DNA from: Octopus sinensis
Taxonomy: Eukaryota
DNA length: 64,000 nt
Assembly (NCBI RefSeq): GCF_006345805.1
Contig: NC_043006.1
Span: 73,470,001-73,534,000, forward strand
Reading direction: 5' to 3'
This document shows positions 26,341 to 39,049 of this stretch, in pieces; the stretch's first letter is position 1, and each line of letters opens with the position of its first letter. The position numbers were made by a program, and so were the translations under genes. The notes under the pieces are model-generated. The model was not told the origin of the DNA. It did not search any database and saw only the letters and a program-made list of their open reading frames with translations.

Positions 26341-26730
26341 GGAGTGGGAGTGGCTGTTTGGTAAGTAGCTTGCTTACGAACCACATGGTTCCGGGTTCAG
26401 TCCCACTGCGTGGCACCTTGGGCAAGTGTCTTCTACTATAGCCTCGGGCCGACCAAAGCCTTGTGAATGGATTTGGTAGATGGAAACTGAAAGAAGCCCG
26501 TCGTATATATGTATATATATATGTATGTGTGTCTGTGTTTGTCCCCCCAACGTCGCTTGACAACCGGTGCTGGTGTGTTTACGTCCCTGTAACTTAGCGG
26601 TTCGGCAAAAGAGACCGATAGAATAAGTACTAGGCTTACAAAGAATAATTCTTGGGGTCGATTTGCTCGACTGAAAGCGGTGCTCCAGCATGGCCACAAC
26701 TGAAACAAGTAAAGAGAGTAAAAAGAAAGT
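26341..26730 (+). mobile_element. tRNA-derived SINE, family A (near full length)
   Basis: ggagtggctgtttggtaagtagcttgctt...ggttcagtccc head through the ...ctgaaacaagtaaagag tail. Confidence 0.85.
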
Positions 26731-27088
26731 AAAGATTATATCTATCTATCTATCTATCTATATGTATATAAATGCACACACACAACGAAATGAAGAGACA
26801 GAACTACACATTGAAAGGCAAGAAATAAAAATGCATGAATAAAATTTGAAAACAATATATTTGGGATAACGTAATGAATAATTTTTATGAGAGTAATGAA
26901 AGAAATTTATGCCAGAAGTGTTGCTACGAAAATAGCAGATGGCTGTTTTCTTTCGTGAATAAGAATAATAATAGTTTCGCACGTCGGCCGATGACCAGAT
27001 TTATTAGGAACATGATTTAAATCGACTAAAGCTGTTTTTGGTTGCTTCATTTGACTGGTACTGATATTATCCATCCATCCATCTATCT

Positions 27089-27315
27089 ATGACAGGAAGT
27101 GCTGAAAAGTTTCTGGCTTTGGGTAAAAGAAAATACTTGAGGTTTAGTTGTGCTTTTATTCAACATATTCTCCTCTCAGATCCACACACTCACTGTGCAA
27201 CGGTCCTTACTTTTTTCTAAGCCCTTTAAAAGAACTCGGAAGCTTGAGCCTATAACTAGGTCTTTCACCTTTCGCGATATACTTAAAGCCAGGAACTTTT
27301 TAGCACCCCTCGTAT
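27089..27315. mobile_element. Mariner-type MITE
   Basis: Terminal inverted repeats gtgctgaaaagtttctggcttt / aaagccaggaactttttagcac; the right end is cccctcgTA. Confidence 0.7.
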
Positions 27316-27391
27316 ATAGGCACACACACAGACATAGACACACACACACATATAGGCGCAGGAGTGGCTATGTGGTAAGAAGCTTGCTTCC

Positions 27392-28595
27392 GGTTGTTAG
27401 TTGTTCTTCACTCGCCTGTTGAAGTCGCCACGCTGGTTTGCAGCTGGCGAAAATTGAACTGAAGTCACCACGCTGGTGAATTAAAAGACGCTCTACTGTA
27501 AGGTAAGACTTTCTGCTTCTGGAGTCCAGTAGGATTTGTTGCTTGTAGGTTTTATTTTTTGTACTAGCAAGGAGTCCTTACTGGATTCGGAGCTTTTTGA
27601 CTGTCTTGCAGTGGAGACGTATGTGTTTTCTCACATAATTGTTAGAAATTATTTTTCACCTGTGGATTATTGGCCAGGAGTACCTTTTCAGCCGAAAATT
27701 GTTTTCTTTGCCTGGATTTGAACTCTCTTCTTCAAAGCTTTCATTTATTAAAAAAAAAAAAAGAACTTTTATTGAACTGTTATTTTTATTTTGTTTCTTC
27801 CCTTCTGTTGTGTCTTCTTTCTTCTTTTTTTTGTATCTTCCTCATTTTTGAATCTATCGTGAACTTTGTTTGAACTTTTTATACATGGCAAAGAAGAATG
27901 AAGCCACTGCCTTGGAGTGGGAGGTTGTCCCGCCCAAGCAGTGGATCAAAGACCTTGAAAAGAGGACGGTGGTGCTACGAACCTATTCTAGGTCGCGTGG
28001 TGCCATCGCCCTCTTCGACAAGAGCACAATAGAAAGAGAGTTGGCAGACTACCTGCCAACTATAAATTTATTTCTCGGGGGAGCAAATTTGCAACGGTGT
28101 GGTTGCTGTTTGGTACCCCCAAGGAAGCTAGCAGATTTGCTAGCGAGCCCCTTGAGGGAGATGAAATTTTGTTCTTCTCCACGTATTGTGGAAGAAAGAT
28201 AAGGAGAGCCTGGGTGTGCGGGCTGCTCGTTCTGCTCAAGTTGTCCGATACGGCCTCCGCTGGTAGCTGCGGAGGCAGTTAGTGAGGAAATTTTGTCAAA
28301 GGTCACAGCGACCTTTGACAAGAAAGAATTTGCTTTCCTCTTTGCAGGCCCCGACCCGTCGATGCAGAGTTGTCTGCAGGCGGCAGGTAACTTACTTTGG
28401 GAGACCTGACAAAGAGAATTGTAAGAAAATTTTTGATATCGTTGTAAAGAAACTTTGTATTCGAGGGTTTGTCGGTCGGTGGGCGCCAACATCCCTCCCA
28501 TTCGCATTATTTCGTTCCATTTCGTCTCATCCTGTCTATGTCCAGCCCACTTGCTTCTATCTATGTACTGCCCTCGTGGCAAATTTTATAAAATA
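27392..28595 (+). mobile_element. Internally deleted Tx1-like LINE derivative 1, inserted in a SINE A head
   Basis: Follows aagaagcttgcttcc (27377-27391). Has a 250-bp leader, a frameshifted ORF1-like fragment (MAKKNE...RTVVLRTYS...ISRGSKFATV) and the tail ccctcgtggcaaat...aataaagaa. Confidence 0.6.
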
Positions 28596-28610
28596 AAGAA
28601 GCTTGTTTCC

Positions 28611-29387
28611 GGTTCCGGTCGTTAGTTGTTCTTCACTCGCCTGTTGAAGTCGCCACGCTGGTTTGCAGCTGGCGAAAATTGAATTGAAGTCACCACGCTG
28701 GTGAATTAAAAGACGCTCTACTGTCGGGTAAGACTTTCTGCTTCTGGAGTCCAGTAGGATTTGTTGCTTGTAGGTTTTATTTTTTGTACTAGCAAGGAGT
28801 CCTTACTGGATTCGGAGCTTTTTGGCTGTCTTGCAGTGGAGACGTATGTGTTTTCTCACATAACGCTGCCGGCGTGTCCCAATCCTCCTGAGGCGGGTGT
28901 GCCAATGGAGGATGAATTTGTGGTCCTCTTCCACAAAGGAGGAACCATAGAAAACGAAGTTTAAAATATGGAAAGGAGGGGCCGATGGGAGGGACTTCAG
29001 TCCTGCACGGAGAATCCTGAGTGGCTTTCGCAGGTGGCTGAGGAGGTCCTATGGGATAGTGATCATGAATCCTACAGATTTATGTCTGTGTGGTCCGGCC
29101 TGGAACCGAGTACATGCTTCAATGAAGCAAGGAGACTGGTCGGCCGGATAACCTGAACGAGTCTAGAAAATGTGAAACATGTGACTTTTTGTGTGTTTTA
29201 AAAAAGAAAAAAGAAATCTGAACACTGTTGTTTAAGTAAGAGGTTTATTGCCTCATTGTATTTTGGGGGAAAAAGGAAAAAAAGAACATTGTTTTAGAGA
29301 AGCGAAAGTCGGCGGGCGCTTTTCGTCTTCTCCCAACCCGCAAAGCTTCAATCTGTGTAATGCCCTTGTGGCAAATTATATGAAATA
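28611..29387 (+). mobile_element. Internally deleted Tx1-like LINE derivative 2, in tandem at the same site
   Basis: Same 250-bp leader (28617-28863), a different internal part and a related tail; bounded by aagaagcttgtttcc (28596-28610) and aagaagcttgcttcc (29388-29402). Confidence 0.6.
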
Positions 29388-29740
29388 AAGAAGCTTGCTT
29401 CCCAACCACATGCTTCCAGGTTCAGTCCTACTGCGTGGCATCTTGGGCAAGTGCCTTCTACTAAAGCCTCGGGCCGACCAAAGCCATTGAGTGGATTTGG
29501 TAGACGGAAACTGAAAGAAGCCCGTCACACATACACAAATGTCATTTGTGACTGTGTTTGTCTCCCGACAATCACTCGTTCGTGTGTTTACGTCCCCGTC
29601 AGCTAGCGGTTCGGCAAAAGATACCGATAGAATAAGTGCTATGCTTACAAAGAGTAATTCCTGTCAATTTGTTCGACTAAAGGTGGTGCTCCAGCATTGC
29701 CGCAGTCAAATTACTGAAACTAGTGAAAGAATAAAAGAAT
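29388..29740 (+). mobile_element. Remainder of the interrupted SINE A (its 5' part is at about 27355-27391)
   Basis: caaccacatg...ggttcagtcctactgcgtggca resumes where the head at 27361-27391 stops. Confidence 0.8.
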
Positions 29741-29799
29741 ATATATGTGTGTGTACGTGTGTGTATGTGCGTATGTATTTGTGCATACACACACATACA

Positions 29800-30347
29800 T
29801 GGTGGCTGCCCCCTCGTTATCGAGTATGGCCATTGCACAAAGCTTAATCATTGTTGTTATCGTGCAATGCCTGTGCAAGAATATTCTTTTTAAAGTGAGG
29901 AAAGGCTGTGCACTGAGTCAATCCCACTCACTAAGCAACAGCAGCCATAATCCGAAAAGAACAAATCAACATCATCGGTAACCATTGAGCCGCCGTTTTA
30001 TGTCGGAGTTATCCCAGTTACCTGAGTTACCTTCTCCTAGAAGGATGCCCTAACAAAGGCTAGGAATCCTCCACTCCCAATGGTTTAACCGCGCGATCGG
30101 GTATTCAGTCCGATTATTTCTATGCCCCGCGCATGATACAGCCTTAAAACATTTATTGGATGGCCGTTGACTCTCAAGAGTTCCTCCGCCCTTTGACGGG
30201 TTTTGTTTTTCATCCCGCAGGGTGTCCAATAAACATCCTCCTCACCAAGCAAGCTTGGTGGGGTTGCCGGTTTAGTCGCCAACGACCCGACCATGCAACA
30301 GGTTGTACTGGGTTACATGTTACCAGTAGCACTCGAAAGTGACCTGA
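29800..30347 (-). mobile_element. Non-autonomous RTE-like element (5' UTR joined to 3' end)
   Basis: The minus strand has ctagcctttgttagggcatccttctaggagaaggtaactc (RTE 5'UTR-like) and ends cgataacgagggggcagccacc (RTE 3'-like). No ORF. Recognised from memory. Confidence 0.5.
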
Positions 30348-30949
30348 CATACACATACATACACACATATATACAAACATGCATACTTACACGTATATTT
30401 TGAATATCTGATGAATTAGATGTGTTCTACAACTATGAAACTGTAGGTAATGCAGAGCTAAGTTAAAATGTTATTAAATACGTATATCTCTAACGAAATG
30501 TGCTACACGCTACTTCCTACTTCATTCCTTTTGTTCACCCATGTATACACACACACACACACACACACATATGTATATATAGACACCCATATGTATATAT
30601 AGATTATATTTTTTTTGTATATATTCTATCGGATGAATGTATGTTGATCTTTTAATGAATATTTTTCTTAAGATTTCTGATATCTTTTTTTTAATACTTA
30701 CTTTCGAATTTTCTTGTATAAATTCGTATAGGTATGAAAGCTTGTATAGAAATAATCATTATATGGCTAAACTTATTAAAAAAATTTCAAGAAATTCATT
30801 CATATTTATATAATGGCGGAGCTTGGATGTTAAAATGGATTATTTTTTATTTTTCATGTTGCTATACAATTGTTTCATACACATGGACTCAGATAGTCAT
30901 AAATAGAAAATCGTAATAGTCATATTTGTTCCCGTCAGTAACTAATAGA

Positions 30950-31145
30950 AAAACGAAAAAAGATGTTAAAAGTACACAGGATTTTTTCGGAGTTGTCATA
31001 TTTGGATTTGTATATTCGTTCTTCCAGTTTCGTTTATTTGAATCTAGATTTAAGTCTAGATTCAAATAAACGTGACTGGAAGAAAAAATATACAAATCCC
31101 AATATAACTAAGAAAAGAACCTGTACTTTTAACGTTTTTTTTCTT
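30950..31145. repeat. Long imperfect palindrome (fold-back)
   Basis: Centre cgtttatttgaatctaga-tttaag-tctagattcaaataaacg; arms continue to gttaaaagtac / gtacttttaac. Confidence 0.8.
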
Positions 31146-31674
31146 CATTTTTTTTTTTTTTTTTACTTTGGAGACAGCTCTGTAAATGCAGCTTTCTTAT
31201 TTTTACGATTCTGATACCCCTCTCTCGCTCTCTCTGTCCTCTCTCTTTCTCTCTCTCCCTTTTCTCTCTCACACACATAGTAGTGTAGAAGAAAAACGTT
31301 ATCTTTTCTTAAACACACAAGATATAAGTCAATAGATTAAGGATGTTTTTAAAGGATACTATATTTTTTATCATCAGAATATATATATTTTCTCACACAA
31401 CAATTAAGATATATTTATTTTAAATCGCTTCTTTGTAGAGAGAAACTTTTATGTTCTCTCTCTCTTTCTCTCTATCTCTCTTCTCTCATAAAAGAATGAA
31501 ATTCAAGTGAGTTTGGGCGCGAAAGGTGTTTTTTCTAGAACACTGGTATAAAGCTGAAAATATTTAGTGGAAAAAAAGTGTGTATTTTGTTGAGATTAAT
31601 CCAATTATTTGACAGCAAATAGGTAAGCAGTACTTTGTCGGTGAACTTTTACTTGTTTACATATACATACACGC

Positions 31675-31726
<52 letters not shown>

Positions 31727-32309
31727 CAGGATGTGTGTGTATGTGTGTGTATACGTGAATGTAATTTATCTACGTCCACAAATTAGCACGCATGTCGCTC
31801 CAATTTTAGGAGGACATTCGTCACGATCCTAGCTGGGTTTTGTCCACTTATTTTTCCCGAGACCTCCTCGGATAGTGGTAAAAATCGATTTTCATCCATA
31901 ACGTTTACCAATCTTCGCGTCGGTGAAATCTGTTGTTTGCTAACATGAGTAAGTCCCCTGCAATGGTGACTATTATACAGAAAAACAAAGATAAACTATT
32001 TCGTTTTAGGATTTGATTTGGTTTGCAAGATTCTTTACGTGAGTTCGTGTGGTCTGAAAGAAATATGTATATACAGTATACATATAGAATATGTATATAT
32101 TTAATTTTTCTATATATTTCATTTTAAATGAAATTTTGAATGTTAGATAATTAATGTTGGTTTATTCAATTAGAAAACAAAACTTAATGACGATGTAATT
32201 AGCAACTAGCACATTTTGTTTCTTAGTTTTTGTTGTTTTAATATTTAAATTCTATACTTGACTGTTATTTTTTTCATTTCTGTTCGCTAGAAACCTCACG
32301 ACAAACTTT

Positions 32310-32640
32310 GTTCAGCCGCAACATTCTTTCCATTCATTCCTGCTCGTGAAATTAACGTGCAAGTGGATGAGCACTCCACATATATGTGTACTCTTAACGT
32401 AGTTCTCGGGGAGATTGAGCGTGACACAGTGTGACAAGGCTGGACCTCTGAAATACAGGTACAACAGAAGCAAAGAGTGAGAGAAAGGTGTAGTGAAAGA
32501 GTACAGCAGGGTTCGACACCCCACCCCCTGCTTTAGGTGTTTTCGCTCAATAAACACTCACAACGCCCAGTCTGGGTATCGAAACCAAGATCCTACGACC
32601 GCGAGTCCGCTGCCCTAATCACTCAGCCATTATGCCGCCT
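32310..32640 (-). mobile_element. SINE family C
   Basis: gaccgcgagtccgctgccctaa, the reverse complement of the C head. Confidence 0.7.
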
Positions 32641-33974
32641 TTGGGTCCATAGAACAGAAATGTACAAGATTCTATTTTTGACAAACAGGGTTTGTGTTTA
32701 AAGGTGTATTAGTCGAAGCATTTTATCACAACAATGCACAGTTTTCGCTAAAACCAACGATAAAAGAAAGATAAACTGACTTTGGATTTTAGTATATAAA
32801 GATGGAATAGAATTGATGGATTTAGAATAGTGTAGAAAGTGCTGTTGTGAGGCAGGGTCAAACCGGGCCAGTGACCCTGGGGCCTCACGAGTTTAGGAGC
32901 CCAATACTGGTCTACGTACGTAGATTGTTGTCAATAAATAAATACTCAAGTCCCTTTAGATTGATTTGACTCAGGTCTTATAATTCCGTTAAAATGACCT
33001 TGGCTGCAGATAAAGAGAAATTTACAAATAAGGTTTCTCTAAGAGGAATACTCTTTGGAAATCCTATGAATTTATTGGAATGAGGCAGATTCTGAACTTT
33101 TCAAACTATTCCAGTATTTATAGATTTATAACTTATAATGATTCATTATTGAAACTTAAAACTCTCTCTAAGTCTCGTGAAGTGGGTAGGTAATAATTTT
33201 ACATTTTACCCGATAAAGATTCAGCAGGAAATTAAAATCCTCTTTACTGATTATATATCGCGATCCCGGAAACAAGTCAACGTCTTACATCTCGTTTAAT
33301 TTCTAGGTTAAATATTCTAGGATACACAGTCATATATTAAGAAGATTAGCAAGAGTATTTCGGTTTTCACAATATTCCTTTAAAACATTAATCGCTGTTG
33401 CCAGGAATGTGTTTAATATATAAAATTGTGTTACACCGCTATATTTAGTAGTTATTTAAGCAATGTGTCGGTGAATGGTTAATAGGTTGGATGTGATGTT
33501 GAAGAAATAGCAATAATTCCTGAAATATGCATATACACCTATTACCCATTTTAAAAACATATTCGATCACATTATTTACAAAGGCGTATTCGTGTACGAA
33601 ACGTCGTAACTTTCAATGCTGGCTCTAATTCCTATAGATTAGCTGTAGAAATAATTAAAAAAACCTCCATTAAAACAATATATTTGTCGAGATGGGACTG
33701 GCAATTTTAAGATCTTTATAATGTGTATATCCTGTAAACCTTTAATTTTTGATTTAAATTTCAAACTTCCCAAACCTACCTCAGCTTGACTTAATCTATC
33801 TAGAAGCAACTGAATTACTTGTGACAGTTGACCACCAGGGGGACACCACATCAATAAGTTTTCAAATACTTCCTCAATATTTTCAGTTTGAAAATTCTAA
33901 CTCAACCACAATGCCAGACATTTGTAAGGAAAGAATAAAGTCAACTCTAGTATATCATTGATATTTACTTTGTA

Positions 33975-34372
33975 AGGCGGCGAGCTGGCAGAAACGTTAG
34001 CACGCCGGGCGAAATTTTTAGCGGTATTTAACCTGTCTTTACGCTCTGAGTTCAAATTCCGCCGGATTCGACTTTGCTTTCATCCTTTCGGGGTCGATTA
34101 AATAAGTATCAGTTACGCACTGGGGTCGATATAATCGACTTAATCCCTTTGTCCGTCCTTGTTTGTCTCTTCTGTGTTTAGCCCCTTGTGGGTAGTAAAG
34201 AAATAGGTATTTCGTCTATCTTTACGTTCTGAGTTCAAATTCCGCCGAGGTCGACTATGCTTTTCATCCTTTTGGGGTCGATAAATTAAGTACCAATTGC
34301 GTACTGGAGTCGATCTAATCGACTATCCCCCTACCCCAAAATTACGGGCCTTGTGCCTATAGAAGAAAAGGA
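33975..34372 (+). mobile_element. Nested or dimeric SINE family B with LINE-like tail in the middle
   Basis: Full head, then the tail agccccttgtgggtagtaaagaaata, then a second partial B copy. Confidence 0.75.
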
Positions 34373-35274
34373 TATTTACTTTGTAAATTCTAGAAGAGGA
34401 CAAAGTAGACCCCTGTGCAATTTAAAAACTGGATGCAACAAAATACTGTAAAAAATTTATCTAATTTTGGCAAGCTACCATGTCTGTTGCTTCATTTGAA
34501 TAAATCGGAATTTTATTATTACACAGGTATTTTCATAGAATGTAACTAGGGATGAGGAACCAGACAAAAATAAAATTTAAAAAATACTTAAATAAAATGT
34601 ATAATTAGAAGTAAGTAAACGTTCTTTAAAATGTTGTTTTTCATTCTAATTTTAATTCTATTCTTGTTTCGATTTCATTTTGAATTTCAATTTTAGTCTT
34701 AGAGTCGTATTTTTCAATTCAGGTTCCAATTCTCTGATTTCAGAAGTTTATCACGTTGGAATTTCAAGCCCCAAATTCCTTCCTTAAATTCTGCTCCATT
34801 CAAAAAAAAAAAAGTATAAAATAGAGGGATCATTAAAAGCCAAAAAATATATTTGCTGCTTTTGATCTGAAAAGCGTTGGCGCAACTGCTTCAGATTTTG
34901 GGAGGACGAGACAGTTGAACTCACTACATGAATGTAAGTACGGTCTCACGTTTTATGACTCGTAGGGCCTGTTGCTTGGTTTCTATGGCTTACAAATGAC
35001 TAAGATCATAACATTCCCTCAGAATGGGATGCCAGTCCATCGTGGGGCTTCTCATTTGCTGGTTAGAGAATCGAAACACAGCTCATTTCTCATTGTTACT
35101 GTTCATCCGTAGGAAGTGGTTGGACAGAAAAAATTCAGAGTCCGACCAAATACTTTTCTGCATATGAATATGACCATTGTAGGTTCTGAGTTCAAATCTC
35201 ACCTATACACTGGCTTGAAATTTGAGGCTTTGTCATTATCATAAAAATCAATCTTTTTTTTCTACTTTACCTTT

Positions 35275-35650
35275 TATCTTTTACTTGTTTCAGTCATTAG
35301 ACTGCAGCCATGCTGGGGCACTTCCTTAAAGGATTTTAGTCGAACGGATCGAGACCCCAGTATTCAATAATTTTTGGCTAAAACCTGCTATATATTCTAT
35401 CGTTCTCTTTTGCTGAGCAGGTAAGTTACGGGTACGTAAACACAGCAATACCAGTTGCCAAGCAGTGATAGAAACACACACACTTATATACAATGGGCTT
35501 CTTTCAGTTTCCGTCTACCAAATTCACTCACAAGGCTTTGGCCAGGCCGAGACTACAGTAGAAGACACTTGCCTAAGATGTCAAGCCATGGTACTGAACC
35601 CAAAACCATGTGGTAAGGAAGCAAGCATCTTATCACACACACACCCTGCA
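35275..35650 (-). mobile_element. Degenerate SINE family A
   Basis: cttctttcagtttccgtctaccaaattcactcacaaggctttgg...gaagacacttgcc. Confidence 0.7.
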
Positions 35651-36376
35651 GCTATGTCCATTTGAATACATTCGTATTTATTTGAATTATATTTCCCAAT
35701 AATCAAGAAATGCCAGTCTAAATTACACCAACTAATTTTTGGATGAAAGTTAATTAGATGATTAGTGTTCTAGAAATAGTTTAACTCGACGTATTCTTGT
35801 AGAATATCTTCAGGCATAAGAAAAAGAAGTTTGATTATCTAAGATAATTATATTGGTATTAAAAACAAAACGAAACAAAAAACAGGAGCTTAAATTCCTT
35901 GGTTATCATGTTATTCTAAGAATATATACAGGTTTTCAAATTTTGTCAATGCTTAAAAGAAAAAAATAAAGAAAAAAGAAAAGAACTGATTCATTATTTT
36001 AGAAAAATATAAAAAAAATAATAAAGAAAACCCTGCTGTTTTTAGTTATGATGGGAAATTACTTAGTTTCGTCATGTTTAAAATCATCAGGCGATAACAA
36101 ATGATTGCAATGGCAGACAAAGAAGCACGCGGCACTTTGAGTCTTTTAGCTTGTGGTTTTGTTAATTATGATAATAATAATAATAATAATAATAGCATCT
36201 ATTATTGCTCTATTAAAAGTACTTCTGATTAACTATACAAATTCAATAGAAAATACTGCATTACGTCTGAAATATAGGTACATCATTAAAACGGAGTATG
36301 TTTATGTAGCACATAAAAGGTGCGCGCATGCACAAACACACACATACATATATGCACATATATAAACATGTGTGTA

Positions 36377-36423
<47 letters not shown>

Positions 36424-38029
36424 GTGTGTATGTATGTATATGTATATTATATTTATATGTATATATTATATATATATAAACCTGTGTATGTACGTATATG
36501 ATATATGTATGTGTGTGTGTGTGTGTGTGTGTGGCTACGAACATTCTTTTCATAATCCAGTACCGTCCAATGTCTACAACATTTCAATTAATACCAGATT
36601 TGCGCTTGAGGTGGAATCTAGAATTAAGATTTTGATTAAAAAGTGTGTAGTTAGTTTTAAAATTGATAGCTGCAATGTTATGTGTGGAACATATACGGTA
36701 CATTTCTTAATGTTTCCGATCATGTTTTATTCAAATTAGCTATAGTTAATAAGAACGGTTGAGATGTTTTATACGAAATGTTTCAGGCTCAAATGCTCCA
36801 GGCAAACTAAGTAAATTAAAGAAATCGACGGTATTAGCATGTTTTAGTGAATATTGCCAATTTTACAATCATGAAAAGAATTAAAGAATAGGAGCATGTA
36901 ATGAAAGAATTGATTTCCAATGTTGTTAGTATTTTGATGAAAACATTTGAAAGCAGGAAAAGTTTATTCACCTTCAATGCTGGCTCTGTTTAAGATCATT
37001 AGATGGAGATTGGAAATAATAATACATCTAATACAAAACTTTGCCGTGAATAAACTATTAAATCGAATGACAACTTCCTTACAATACAGGAAATCTGTTA
37101 ATCATGTAAACACGATCTCAAAGCAGTTGTCGATGTGCTGTTTGATGAAATGGTATCTCGGGAGGGTCATTTTGCCAATAATAAGCACTCGCACAGGTTC
37201 AATTGTCTCTATTTTATTGATTTATTTTCATTAGTCAACTCGCAGACCATTTAACCAATTAACTATTCGATTGCTTGATTAATCATTCGGTCAATCAATC
37301 AATGAACTAGCTAGATCTGTCAAAGTCCTTTCCTCACCATTCACGGATTTATCAATGTCATGCCCTCCTTATTCCAGGTTTGCTTCAGGTTAGTCTATAT
37401 GTCTTCTACTTTACATGTTCTACATTAATTGGCTAAATGGTAAACCAACTGATTAATAAAAACAAAGAAGTGAAATAGAACCAGTGCATGTGTTTATTAT
37501 TGGCATAATGACCCACCCAAGATACAGCAATATATGTTTCAACATGCAGGTTTACGATGAAAATCTTGCAGATCAAATACAAAAGGAAAAGTTCTATAAT
37601 GATTTAGACAAAAATTGTGATGGGCTTACATGTTAATTTTGATATACGTGTATAACAGTCAGGTTGCTCGATCAAATGGACGTAGTCATAGAGTTAGCGT
37701 GCAAAGTGCCTGAGTATTCCGCATATACATTTACGCTTAATGTGTGATGTGTGACGGTACTAGACCGTTGAAGTAAAAGCTCAGTAAATCAGTTTCCGTG
37801 AATTGAAATTCATTCACAAGACTAGCATTGATCTGAGTCTATGGTAAATGTTTTTGTCAAAGATGCTACGATATGGGATCGAAACTGGGCCTCATGGTTT
37901 TAAAAGAAGCTTCTTATCCACTCAGTTAGGAAAGGATCTCTTTTCAGATAAATTTGAAGATCCTGTATATTTAAGTATTAACAAGTAGAACTGTTGAGTT
38001 GCACAAAAATACAAAGAACATAACGGGAA

Positions 38030-38998
38030 AAAGGGTGTAGCTGATACAAAAACCATGGCTCTATCGAACACGAGAGCTTAGTGAGATACCTAGCCCAAAG
38101 TAAGGAAACCTTGTTAGTGTCAGTTAGGAAAGAGAAAAAAGGAAAAGCAGAAAAAAGGAAAAGCAAAGGAAGAAGTATAAAAAGGACATGAAGAAGAATT
38201 ACGCAAGAAGGGACTACACAGTCAATTTCATGTAGCTACAACAGAAGTTGCTGGAAAAATAGGTGGGATTGGCTGATAAAAGGAACACTAAAAAAAGAGA
38301 CCGAGAACTGGAGGGTCAATCTGAGGAATGAGCAAGTGTCTCCGCTGAGCGGCATCTGCAATAGAGTAGATGAAACCATTGCCCATATCACGAACGAATG
38401 CCTTAGACTTGCCCAAAGCCACTACAAGTTGTAACGACACGATCAGGTCGCGAAAGTGCTTCATTGGAAACTGAGCGAAAAGTGGGGACTAGAGAGCGGT
38501 AAGACGTGGTATGAGCACAAACCGCAGAGAGAGGAGGAGTCGGAGATTAGTAAAATCCTCTGGGATTTTCCAATCCAGACAGATCAGGTGCTAGAACATA
38601 ACAGACAGAAAATAGTGTGTGGTCGACAAGATGCACCACATGTGCTATATAGTTGATGTTGCATAGCCCTTTGACCCATGAATACACAAGAAGGAAGTCG
38701 AAAAGATAGATAAATACAACCATCTTAAGAACGAAATAACTAGGCTATGGAAAATGAAGAAGGTGAAGATAGTGCCAATTATTGTAGGGTCCTTGGGGGA
38801 CAGTGCCGGAAGGCATCAGTAGGAATATAAAAGAAATTGAAATAGTGTCCAGTAGAACTGTAACAAAAGGTTTGCCTCTTTGGCAGCGCCAGAATAATGC
38901 GGAAAGCATTAGATAGCTGAAAAGAACGGATAGTAGATAGCAAGCCCGCTACGCATGCAAGATTCGAGGAGCTCCAACAAAACCTGTGATAAAGAGAC
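38030..38998 (+). pseudogene. Old 5'-truncated R4/Dong-like LINE (RLE-domain remnant)
   Basis: LHWKLSEKWGL...WYEHKP...ILWDFPIQTD with stops and frameshifts; followed by (ATA)n. Confidence 0.75.
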
Positions 38999-39049
38999 AT
39001 AATAATAATAATAATAATAGTAATAATAATGATAATAATAATAATAATA

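Noticed and set aside
31539-31622. Possible host exon (ttttctag ... ag|gtaagc)
   Set aside because: Splice-like signals alone, with no coding or partner-exon support; RNA-seq would be needed.
31700-32000. Possible Helitron 5' end
   Set aside because: Only a general resemblance; no matching 3' hairpin-CTAG end was found nearby.
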